A stretch of DNA of 64,000 bases. Source: Torpedo marmorata. Lineage: Eukaryota. The notes under the pieces are model-generated. The model saw nothing but the letters and a program-made list of their open reading frames with translations, did not search any database and was not told where the DNA came from. The stretch spans positions 54,250,001 through 54,314,000 of the forward strand of contig OZ360226.1 of the NCBI GenBank assembly GCA_977017645.1, read 5' to 3'. Position numbers and translations under genes: made by a program. Below are positions 1 through 10,854 of this stretch, piece by piece. Positions within the stretch are counted from its first letter, which is position 1. Every line of letters begins with the position of its first letter.

Positions 1-103
1 TGCAAAATCTGTATGTATTGAATTTATTATTGTTCACTTTGTACTTTGTATTATTTTGTATTATTGTGAAAATTTGAAAATTTAAAATAAAATATTTAAT
101 AAT
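1..103 (+). mobile_element. L1-type LINE 3' tail (truncated by window edge) inserted in the Gypsy integrase region
   Basis: AT-rich tail ending AATAAA plus A-rich run, similar to the L1 tails at 6280-6354 and 53270-53354. Confidence 0.6.
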
Positions 104-2021
104 AAAATTAATGATGTCACCTATGTCATAAAAATACCTAATCGCAGACAAGACACACAGGTCTGTCATGTGAATATGATTAAGCCGTATTTTGAACAGG
201 TGCCTCAAAAAGGGACTGAACATTTACCAGAGGTACTGGTTATTGACAGGGGTAAGGAGGAGATAGATAAAACCAGTTTCAGAGAGGGTCATGGGACTGT
301 TAATTCTCGGAGTTACGTAGTAGGACAGGGGCAGTTGGCGCCAGTAGAGGCAAAGGTTGTCGCTATTTCCGAGTTCCCTGTTCCAATTGGTATGAAAACT
401 CTGAGGAGGTTCCTGGGAATGATTGGCTACTACCGCAAGTTCTGTAAAAATTTTGCTAATCTTGCGCTCCCTCTCACAAATTTGCTTAGAAAGAAAGAAA
501 AATTTGTATGGTCAACAGGTTGTCAGGAAGCATTTGTCAAATTGAAAGCCATGTTATGCCACCAACCTGTGCTTAAGTCACCTAATTTAGAACAGTCGTT
601 TTCTTTAGCCATGGATGCCAGCGATGAAGCTGTGGGTGCGGTGCTGTTACAGAAGAAGAACGAAGAGGACATTGACCATCCGGTATCCTACTTCTCGAAG
701 AAGTTCAATGATCATCAAAGGAATTATTCAACTATAGAAAAAGAGTTGTTGGCTCTTGTGTTGGCTCTACAACACTTTGATGTGTATATCTGTACAGCTC
801 AAAAACCACTCATAGTGTATACTGACCATAATCCATTGGTTTTTCTTTGTAAAATGAAAAATAAGAATCGACGGTTGTTGAATTGGAGTCTAATTTTGCA
901 AGAATATAATTTGGTAATCACTCATATAAAAGGGAAAGATAATGTAATTGCTGATTGTCTTTCTAGATGTTAAACTTTATCAATGAAAATAGTTCATATT
1001 TTGTATTTGTGGATGAACATTGTAGATTTTGTTTATATTCTGACACCTCAATTACTTTCCTAAATTTTGTTCTTGCAGACGAAAATTTCCTTTGTGGGTG
1101 GGAGGTGTTATGGACCATGACTGACCATTTGGACTGCGGACGGTCAGCAGGAAGGATGAAGTCTTTTGGAGTATACACTGGGGCCAGGTACTGAAAGAGT
1201 TAACTTCCCCAGGACTTGGTGTACCCAGACAGAGAGAGAGACACAAGCTGTGGACAAAGATACATTGTTGCACTTTTGGTGTACCCAGACAGAGAGAGAC
1301 CAGAGAGAGAGAGACTGTGGACAAGATACATTTGTTGCACTTTTGCAAAAAGCAGGTGCAGATTTCTGCAGGAAAAGCAGACAGTTGTAAGTTGCAAAGG
1401 CTAGAGAACACAGCCAAATCCAGGCTTGTGCAAGTCAGAGAAAAGACTGGCAGAATAGCACATGGCCTCCTGTCTCAGAGCAATTCTGAGGAAAAGCAAC
1501 TTCTGTGGAGAACAGGCGTGAGATCAGCAAGACTAGCTGTGAGATTCAAGCACACGCCTAAATCAGTGGTATACTGATCTGAACTCGAAATCCTTATGAA
1601 CACACAAGAAGGGGACGTCATCAGAGAAGAAAACAAGTATTTGTAAGCATAAACAGTCATTGTCTCTCTCCAACGTTCATTCAGAAGTACTTCTACCAGA
1701 CGCAGAGCTGAATTTGAAGCCTGAACTTAGAGAGTGAATTTTGTCAACTGTATTATTCTTTTTTTTTTGACTGACTTGTTTTTATGACTGACCTGGGGTT
1801 TTTTGGGGAAAGTTTTTCCATTTTTACATAAGGGTTGGGCACAGACTGTAATGGTCTGGGCTTTACACACACACCTTTTAGATAAGAATAGAGTTTATAG
1901 ACGTTTCTAGTGGGGTTAATTGTTGTGAAATTATATGTTTACTTGTGTTTAATAAATAATAATTTCAATTTTACCCCTTTTGCATTGCGTCTTCTGTCGT
2001 TGCTGGTTTGATTTTGTAACA
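104..2021 (+). mobile_element. Gypsy/Ty3 LTR retrotransposon of Gmr1 type (IN before RT-RH), 3' part with deleted RT core
   Basis: Integrase C-terminal motif (DVTYVIKIPNRR..VCHVNMIKPY) precedes RT thumb/RNase H (LRRFLGMIGYYRKF, DASDEAVGAVL, YSTIEKELLA, VYTDHNPL, NVIADCLSR; ORF 170-973), then a purine tract and LTR. Confidence 0.85.
1106..2021 (+). repeat. 3' LTR of the Gypsy element
   Basis: TGTTA...TAACA inverted termini; preceded by purine-rich GTGGGTGGGAGG; AATAAA near 1951; internal ~65-bp duplicated unit with GA microsatellite at 1216-1345. Confidence 0.8.
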
Positions 2022-2282
2022 GTACTCTAATAATATCCTTGAAGCAGCAGAGAATCTTACCCACCAAAAGGAAATCTCTTCTCTTCTGTCAAAGAAAACA
2101 TTTTGGAATTAACCCAATTTTTGTTATGAAATTGGAATTATTTGCATAATTTGTTATCCTTGTAACAATTATGTTACTTTTCTAACTTCTTGGAATGTTG
2201 GTTCTTTTGGGAAATGAAATGCAAATGATGCCTAGAAATTTACCTACATTTTGTACCACTAATGCAATAATATGATAGGAAC

Positions 2283-2792
2283 TGTAAGAGCCAAAGGATT
2301 GTTTCTTACCTTCATGGTGGTGTTCTGTTGGTCCCCATGGGTGTCGGAGAAGTCCCGAAGTTTAGAAGGCCATCTTTGTTGTAGTGCACATGTGCGAGTG
2401 CCGGTTGGAGCATGCTCAGTGCGTTCGTGTATTGGAGAGCCGGCTGGAGCATGCTCAGTGCGTAGGTGTATTGGAGTGCCAGATGGAGCATGCGCGGTGG
2501 GGCAGCGCGCGAATCGGCAAAGGCATTATAAAACATGGCAACATAGAAGAGGGTGAGTGAGGCTCTCATAATTTTCGTTGACCGTTAGCACGGATCATTT
2601 ATACTTCATTATCGCGGATCGTTCATATTTCGTTAAAGAAGATAGTTAAGTTATTGAAGATTGCTACAAGTCATCGTGTGTTAATAAACATTTTGAACAT
2701 ATTGGACTTGGTAGCAAATTAATTGAAACTCGTCAGAAACAAGTGTCTCACCTAGCCTCCAAGCGACTATTAATTGGATAGAAGTCGCTACA
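2283..2792 (+). repeat. 5' LTR of BEL copy 1
   Basis: TGTAAG...TACA; direct repeat of 9760-10269; about three ~39-bp internal repeats (GGAGCATGCTCAGTGCG). Confidence 0.92.
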
Positions 2793-3249
2793 ATTTAGTC
2801 AACAAAAATTTATTGTTTGGAACAGAAAATTGAAGAATAGAAGATAGAAAATAATCTCTCTGTGTTTTGGATTGATATTTAAAATAAAATGCCAGCCATC
2901 TTGGAAATGCCTCGAGTTAGGGGCAGTTTGTAATCCACATCCATCTGCCATGAGTAACAGCCAGGGAGGGATTCAGAGCTTCTAATCTTATAGTAAAGTG
3001 TCCTATAAACACGTTGGTGGAGCCATTTCTTGAAAATCAGTGATATTAATGACGGATGCTGTGGTGGAAACTCGTTTGTTAATAGCAGCACATTACAGCC
3101 ATCTGAAGCAGTAGGCTGTGGACTCCTTCTGTGTATCTTTGGCAAGTTTGAACACAGTTTGGATTTTGCTGCCACTAGTCCATTGGGGACTGTTGATTTG
3201 GCTTGTGTTGTGCATGCTCGACGGACGGGGGTGGAACAAGACGAGTAAA

Positions 3250-3402
3250 ATGGCTGCAGCTGCCGCTGATGTTGCTGTTGAGGAACAACGTATTGAAGAC
3301 ATGAAGGTTGTGGATCTCAAAGAAGAATTGAGGTGACGGAAACTGGATACAAGTGGAAATAAAAGTGTTCTCATTGTAAGACTGAAGCTGGCAATGGAAG
3401 AA
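3250..3402 (+). pseudogene. SAP DNA-binding domain at the N-terminus of BEL Gag (one in-frame stop)
   Basis: MAAAAADVAVEEQRIEDMKVVDLKEELR*RKLDTSGNKSVLIVRLKLAMEE fits the SAP consensus (LKxELxxRxLxxxGxKxxLxxRL). Confidence 0.8.
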
Positions 3403-4857
3403 GCCACGACTTCAGTTGATGGGAATGAAGACATTGCAAAACCAGTGCAGAAGACAATGACTGAACATGAAGACAGCAACGTGGAAATGGTTGAAGATGT
3501 GTCACCAAATGGTGATGAAGATGAAGAAAATGAAGAGGATGAAGATGCAAAGGATGCACAATACGAATTGGAGAAAGAGATAAGTAAGAAGACAACATCT
3601 GAGTAAATTATCTAGTTTATGATGATAAGAAGTCATATTTTAAAAAAGAGCCACAGGAAAAGAAACCAGCCAAATGGGTAGATATTTTAGTAACACGGGT
3701 ACAAGACATGCAAATACAAGGACAAATCCTCCCAGAGCATGGTGTTATCAAGTCACTTGTACCAGTGGTAACATCCGAAGACAAAGCTGTGGCTTGGGTT
3801 CAGTCAAACGCTGCAGCTCCCTTGGCATTCGAGTCAAACATCAGAAATACGGGTGAACCTGCACCAGTGAGGTTTCCAGATACATTACCTGTTACAAGAG
3901 GTGGTGAACAGACCAACGTACTATCAAACATGGGAAGACAAAATGAAATTACCGCATCATTGATCCAGCTACAGTCTCTTTCTTCTTTACCCAAGAAAGA
4001 GATACAAGCTTTTGTTGGTGATCCACTTCAGTACCAAGCGTTCATGAGATCTTTCAAATGCAATATTGAAAATAAATTGCCAAGACCCTGATGAATGTCT
4101 TTATTATTTGGAAATGTTCACAAAAGGACAGCCAAGGGAACTTGTAAAGAGTTGTCAACATATGTCCTCGGATAGAGGATTAGACAGAGCTAAGTCTTTA
4201 CTGGAACAGCATTTTAGCAACAAGTATCGGATTGCTTTAGCTTATATGGATAAAGCTCTTAAATGGTCATCAATAAAACCGAATGATGTAAAAGCTCTAC
4301 AAGCATACACTCTCTTTTTAAGAGGATGTTGTAATGCCATGGAAGATATCGATAATATTCGTGAGCTTGATGTGCCTGGTAATATGCCAATTATCTTAGA
4401 TAAATTACCATACCGGATGTGGGATAGATGGAGAAATTTGGCTAGTGATTTCCAGTAAAAATACGATCAAAGAGCTACCTTAAAGGATTTGGTGGATTTC
4501 CTTGAATGACAGGTGTACATTGAAACAGATCCAATATATGGAAATACCAGAGACACTTCAATGGGGAACAAAGATGTAAGGAGGTCTAACTCACAGCCTA
4601 GTCTGAAATTGAAAGGACATTTGCTACTACTGTGTCAGTTATAAATAAATAAAAAGATAAAGTAAATAAGGAAAAAGAGAGTTTGCCAAATGAGAAGAGT
4701 TGATTGTTTTGTATAGGTGGACATGCTTTGGAAATGTGTTTATGGTTGGAAAAGAAGGAACATAATGAGAAGATCGCTTTCTTAAAGGAAAATTGAGTAT
4801 GTTTTGGTTGTCTGTGTAAAGGGCACATCAGTAAATACTGCAAGAAGTGACTTAACT

Positions 4858-6354
4858 TAAGCATGGAAAAGTTCACCTGGAATTATGAGTTGGGTGGAAT
4901 GCAACTTCCTAATTTTCAAAATTATTATAAAGCAGCCCAATTAAAATTTGTTAATGAATTTTTTGATTCATCTAAATCTTCTGCTTGGATTAAAATAGAA
5001 TTAAATAATATAGGAGAAAATTTTAAAGAAGAAATTATTTATAAATGGGATTCTAAATTAATATCAGTAAAAAAGAAAAATTCACCGATTATTAAACATT
5101 TGTTAGAAATATGGGGTAAGATGGATAAAGAGATAGGTGGAAGAGGATTAATTTCTTCAAATATGCCACTATATCAAAATGGACTTATATCATTTACTGT
5201 TAATAATCAGTTATTTAAAATTTGGTTTCAAAAAGGTATTAAGAAGATTAATGATTGTTTTGAAGCTGGAAAATTTATCACGTTTCAAAGAATGAAAGAT
5301 AAATTTAATATACTAGATAATACATTTTTAGCTTATTATCAAGTTAAAGCTTTTTTAACTGAGAAATTAGGTCATGCTTTGATTTTACCAAGACAAAATG
5401 AATTAGAATTATTAGTTACTAATGGAGAAGTTAATAAATTTATTTCTCAAATGTATAAATTGTTTCAGAGGAAAATGCCTAAAATAGGATTGCATAAATC
5501 AAGATTAAAATGGGAATTAGATTTAAATGTAAATATAGATGAAAATCATTGGAAAGATTTATGTAAATTAAGTATGACAAAAATTATTAATGTTAGATAT
5601 AGATTAGTACAATATAATTTCTTTCATCAATTATATTTAACACCTAAAAAATTAAAGAAATTTAATTCGACATTATCAGGATTATGTTTTAGATGCAATA
5701 ATGAGGAAGGTTCTTTTGTTCATTCTACATGGTTTTGTCCAAAGATTCAAGATTTTTGGTTGAAAGTTAAAAAATCTTTAGATAAAATATTTAATATAAC
5801 ATTTTCAATGGATCCTATTTTATTTTTATTTGGAGATATTAGAAAATTTAGTATTAAAAATAAATTAAATATGTTTCAAGTAGAATTTTTACGAATTGCT
5901 TTAGCGGTTTCGAAAAAATGCATTGCTCTTACTTGGAAATCTGACTTAGATTTAGGATTAGAAAGATGGCATGCAGAGCTCCGTTCGTGTATACCACTGA
6001 GAAAAAATACTTATAATTTACGTAATAAATATCATTTCTTTTTGAAAATTTGGAGCCCATATATGAGAGCTGTGGGTTTAAGGATTTGAAGATCTCTAGA
6101 CATCGAATCTACTGGCATACTTGACCTCCGTAATAGAATTAGTTTATAGATGATATTCCCCTTATTCTATCTTTTCCTTTCTTTCTTTTTTCTATTTTTA
6201 TTTTTACTTTTACTTTATATTACTAGATTAGTGGGGATGGGGGGGGTTAGGGAGGGGAGGGAGGTGGGGGGGTGAAAATGTATCACATGTATTTTGACAA
6301 TTTTATATTTTATGTATTTTGTGATTTAAAAGTTTAAATAAAATAATTAAAAAA
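4858..6354 (+). mobile_element. 5'-truncated L1 LINE (ORF2 C-terminus and 3'UTR) inserted in BEL1 gag
   Basis: ORF 4863-6089 with CFRC..H..W.C motif; G-rich tract, AATAAA, A-tail; 16-bp TSD AAGAAG(T/C)GACTTAACT at 4842-4857 and 6355-6370. Confidence 0.93.
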
Positions 6355-6479
6355 AAGAAGCGACTTAACTGTAACATATGCAATTTGAAGCATCCTAGAA
6401 TGTTGCATATCCATCAAAGAAACAAGGAATTGGAAAAGGAGCAAACAGGAAAAAAGGAAACATCAGAAAACAGTATTAT

Positions 6480-7315
6480 TAATATTCAAATCCATCTCCC
6501 ATCTTTGTCCAGACCTATGAATCCCTTTTTTTAAAGTTCCTTTTTGTAGTAAGGTATACATGGCTGAAGTAAATTTCTTTGTGTCTATTCCGAATCAAAA
6601 CTTCAATATCACTTGGTTTCGGCAATAACATTGTTGGGCCTAATTTATCTCCTAAATATGCTCTTAACTGATAATAACAAAAAAGTGTGTTATTTTGTAT
6701 TCGGTATTTATACCTTAATTGTTCAAATGACATTAATTTATCCCCTTCATAACAATCTTCTATGTATCTAATTCCTTTACGAGACCATATATTTAAAAGT
6801 TGATTATCCATTGTAAAAGGAATAAGTCGATTTTGGATTAAAGATAATGTATAGCAGTAACTTGGAAATCTGACTCCCATTTGGGTATGGAGCAGTGGAA
6901 TACAGAAATGCATAGTTGTATCCCACTTGAGAAGATTACATAATTTAAGAAACAAATATGATGTATTTTTGAAAATTTGGCACCCATATTTACAAATTGT
7001 AGGAATAAATTTATAGATTTCTCCACCCCGAGTACCTCGTTAATCTCCTTGAGAGAATTAGGACCAAAAAAAAGTAACTAATTAAACTGTGTTGTAGGTA
7101 GCGACTTCTTACCATCCAGGTTACTTTATCATACTTTTCTTTTTATTTATTTTCTTTTCTTTGTTCCTTTCTGGGGTTTTGGTGTGGGGGGAGGGGGGGT
7201 CTGGATTTAGCCATCATGTATAAATAAAGTAATAATAATGATTTGATATTTTATTATGTATTATACAAATTATGCATGTATGGACAAAATGTTAAAAATA
7301 AAATATTCAAAAAAA
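6480..7315 (+). mobile_element. L1 LINE with 5' inversion (6480-~6845 minus, ~6846-7315 plus)
   Basis: Minus part encodes ORF2 QNRLIPFT..RWEMDLNI; plus part encodes KCIAVTWKSD..KIWHPY, 3'UTR and A-tail; 15-bp TSD AGAAAACAGTATTAT at 6465-6479 and 7316-7330. Confidence 0.88.
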
Positions 7316-8351
7316 AGAAAACAGTATTATAGCCTCGGTTCAGACAAGTGGTCTTACTGGGACTGGTGTGGATAACTGCAAACTTTTAATAGTGCCTGTA
7401 CAAGTCAAGACCAAGAACGGGGATGCATCAGTATGTACTTATGCATTTCTCGACACAGGCAGCACTGCATCGTTTTGCATGGTGGGACTAATGAACAAAC
7501 TTAATCTTCAGGGAAGAAGGTCGAGGATTATGTTGAAAACCATGGGACAAGAAAAGGTCATTGAAACCAGCATTGTTTCAGGCTTAGAGGTTGCTGGATT
7601 GCATGATAAAGATTTTTGGGATCTTCTAAGTTTATATACTCAGAAGACTATTCCTGTGCACGAAGGAAACATTCCACATCAAAACAATGTCCATCAGTTG
7701 TCTTATCTGTGGAAGGTTTATCTACCTGAAGTTAATTCTGAGGTAGAGATACTGATTGGTTCAAATGTACCAAAGGTTTTGGAACCACTAGAAGTAATAC
7801 AGAGTAGGGGAAATGGACCTTATGCTATTAAAACTATACTTGGTTGGACAATTAATGGACCATTGGAAAGAAATAATGATATTGCTCAGGAACAGTTAGC
7901 GATAAATGTTAACAGGATTTCGGTTGTGAAATTTGATGAGTTAAGGGAACAGCAAAAGACTGTAAATAAGAAAGTCACTTTTGAAGAAAAGAAAACAGAT
8001 CAATGTGAAAATAAATCAAAAGCATTTAACACAACATTGAAGGAATTATTTTAATCAGAAATGGATGAAAATGAAGTATTAGAAGATGTTGCAAATACTA
8101 CTAGTGATTATTCCTGTGTAATTGAATCTGAGGCAGGACTAAAACAAATGACTGAGAACAAATTTGAAAGTAGCTTTTGTAGCTCAGAGGTTACAGCAGA
8201 CAAGGTCAATGAAGAAATGTCGCAACATTCAAACTGGGAAACGCAGAAAATTGTGACTAACAATTTAATGCAACTGTATTCAGAGAACAAAATGTTGAAA
8301 AGGGACTTGGAAATATTGGATAATCATGAAAACAGCAAACAGAAAGAATTA

Positions 8352-9185
8352 ATTGTGAATAAAATTTGCAAAGCCAGAAAGCGGAAGAAAATAATAACTG
8401 CTGAATAAATAAATAGTTATTGAGGAAAGAGATACAGCATTATCAAGATGTAAAAGGTTGGAGGAAGAGATTCATCTTTTGAAAGAGAACAAGTCATTGG
8501 TTAATAACACAAAACAGCTGACTATAGAAAACAATCAAGAATGTAAATTGAATGTTCAGCTATTAACAATGCAGAAAGAAAGTGATATTGCATTGCAGAA
8601 ATGTAACAAGCAAGATGAAGATTTTTATTTTAGTAGATTAGTAGGGATGGGAGGGTTAGGGAGGGCAGGGAGGGGGGTGAAAATGTATCACAAGTATTTT
8701 GATAATTTTATATTTTACTTTATGTATTTTGTGATTTAAAATTTTAAATAAAATATTTAAAAAAAGAATGTAACTTGAAGGCTCAGCTACTAACAATGCA
8801 GAAAGAAAGTGATATTGTATTGCAGCAATGTAACAAGCAAGATGAAGAAATTCAAACATTTCAAGTTTACCACAGCAGGGATGACAACAGAACTACCAAT
8901 GTATTAGATGATCTTTTCACTTTAGGTCAAGTTATTAATTTCTCAGAAGATAATGAGAGAATTACTTTCTTATTGAAATAATTGAATACAGAAAGAGAAT
9001 CTAATAAAAGGCTTCAAAATAAATGGTCAGAAACTGAGATTGAATTGAAAGTTGCAAAATTGTATATGGAATTTCAGGAAAAGGCTATAGACACCAGAGT
9101 GGTTGAAAAGACTGCAGTTTTAGTTAAAGAGATTTGTATGAACCATAAGTGGAACCAGTCTACTTCTTTCCAGGTTTCCACAAAT
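8352..9185 (+). pseudogene. MIPOL1: Intronless MIPOL1-like coiled-coil fragments captured inside BEL1, circularly permuted
   Basis: IVNKICKARKRKKIITAE..IEERDTALSRCKRLEEEIHLLKE..LTIENNQE..AQLLTMQ..EEIQTFQVYHS followed by ..GQVINFSEDNERITFLLK*LNTERESNKRLQNK..EFQEKAIDTRVVEKTAVLVKEI; both blocks match MIPOL1 as I recall it, but in reversed order; stops and a frameshift present. Confidence 0.75.
8622..8763 (+). mobile_element. Very short L1 3' end (G-tract plus tail)
   Basis: Matches L1 3'UTR at 6222-6354; flanked by an ~85-bp direct repeat. Confidence 0.85.
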
Positions 9186-9759
9186 GTGGTGGTTGTTGAT
9201 GAGTTTGAAGAAATAATGTCGTTTGAATCTTATCTTATTTATAACCAACTGTGGAAAAGAAAGAAAAAGATGAGCCAAATTTGTTGCAGGGAAGGTTAAA
9301 GACACTCATTTATTAAAATTGAGAGGATCAGATAAATATTCAAAATCTGGTTCTGAAAGTTTAAATTCTTCCTATGAGAAGTGGAATGCTGAAGAAAGTG
9401 AAACGACATGCTGAAGAAGTACCTCATGTTAAATTCAAAAGGAAAACTATCTATTTTTTTCTGAGGAAGATTTGAGGTTTACTGGTTGACGTTTTAACTC
9501 AAAGATTCTGGAGATAAAGGAACTTTGATCAAAGAAAAAAATTGACTGTATTTTGTTGGTTTTTTGTATACTACACAGGTTACAGACTTTATTGATCCAG
9601 AGTGGTGGTAAAAGATCACTCTTTTCCAAGGCTATGTGCTGGTAAACTCTGGTCTTATGAAGAAAGAATTGTATATTGTTTGAATGTTATGTTTATTGTA
9701 ATTTGCAATTGATTATGTAATTATTATTTAAGACATTACATCTCATAATTAGGGGCCGG

Positions 9760-10269
9760 AGTAAGAGCCAAAGGATAATTTCTTACCTTCATGACGGTGT
9801 TCCTTTGGTCCCCGCGGGCGTCGGAGGAGTCCCGAAGTTTAGAAGGCCATCTTTGTTGTAGTGCGCATGTGCGAGTGCCGGTTGGAGCATGCGCAGTGCA
9901 TTCGTATATTGGAGTGCCGGCTGGAGCATGCTCAGTGCGTAGGTGTATTGGAGTGCCAACTGGAGCATGCGCGGTGGGGCAGCGCGCGAATCGGGAAAGA
10001 TATTATAAAACATGGCGACGTAGAAGAGGGTGAGTGAGGCTCTCATAATTTTCGTTGACCATTAGCACGGATCGTTTATATTTCATTATCGCGGATTGTT
10101 CATATTTCGTTAAGGAAGATAGTTAAGTTATTGAAGATTGCTACAAGTCATCGTGTGTTAATAAACATTTTGAACATATTGGACTTGGTAGTAAACTAAT
10201 TGAAACTTGTCACGAACAAGTGTCTCACCTAGCCTCCAAGCGACTAATAATTGCATAGAAGTCATGACA
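9760..10269 (+). repeat. 3' LTR of BEL copy 1
   Basis: Direct repeat of 2283-2792, ends GACA then TSD GGAAC. Confidence 0.92.
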
Positions 10270-10854
10270 GGAACAGAATGATATATTGTCTCCAAATATA
10301 TTGTATCCAAAGTACAGTATATTGTCATTTTTCCATTGTACAGAGTTTGGCACTACTCACAGAAGAATGTTATGCATGTAGGCCTGCATTTGTCACTCAA
10401 CAGGGAGTAGGAGGAAAATCATATTTATGGCCTGACCTTGACCCCCTATCTATATCACATCAATCACAGAGGGCCATTTCCCATCACTCATTCTATTTCT
10501 CATCACACACATCAGTCTCCCAATTCAACAGCCTCTGCGATTTAGTGCCCTCCATAATGTTTGGGACAAAGATACATTTTTTCCCCTTTATTTGCCCCTG
10601 TGCTCGTTTTAAATTTGTAATCAAACAATTCATGTGATTAAAGTGCACATTCCAGATTTTATTAAAGGTATTTGTGTACATTTTGGTTTGACCATGTAGA
10701 AATTACAGCACTTTTATACACAGTCCCCTCATTTCAGGGCACCACAATATTTGGGACATAGCAAAGATATGTATATTAGTCATGTTTAGTACTTTGTTGC
10801 ATATCCCTTGCATGCAATAACTGCTTGAAGTCTGAGATTCATAGACATCAATTA

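Larger units (their letters stand above)
2283..10269 (+). mobile_element. BEL/Pao LTR retrotransposon copy 1, non-autonomous (gag-protease kept, pol replaced by captured sequence)
   Basis: Paired 510-bp LTRs 2283-2792 and 9760-10269; 5-bp TSD GGAAC (2278-2282, 10270-10274); PPT AGGGGCCGG; BEL Gag (ORFs 3708-4458), CCHC knuckle relics, protease AFLDTGS (ORF 7368-8054); no RT, RH or IN. Confidence 0.92.

Noticed and set aside
9118-9185. A second exon-scrambling junction (similarity to recalled MIPOL1 N-terminal LVNEITC..STNFQ)
   Set aside because: Equally explained as the decayed normal next exon (LVEEVY.AQKERD); cannot be resolved by eye, so only one back-splice is claimed
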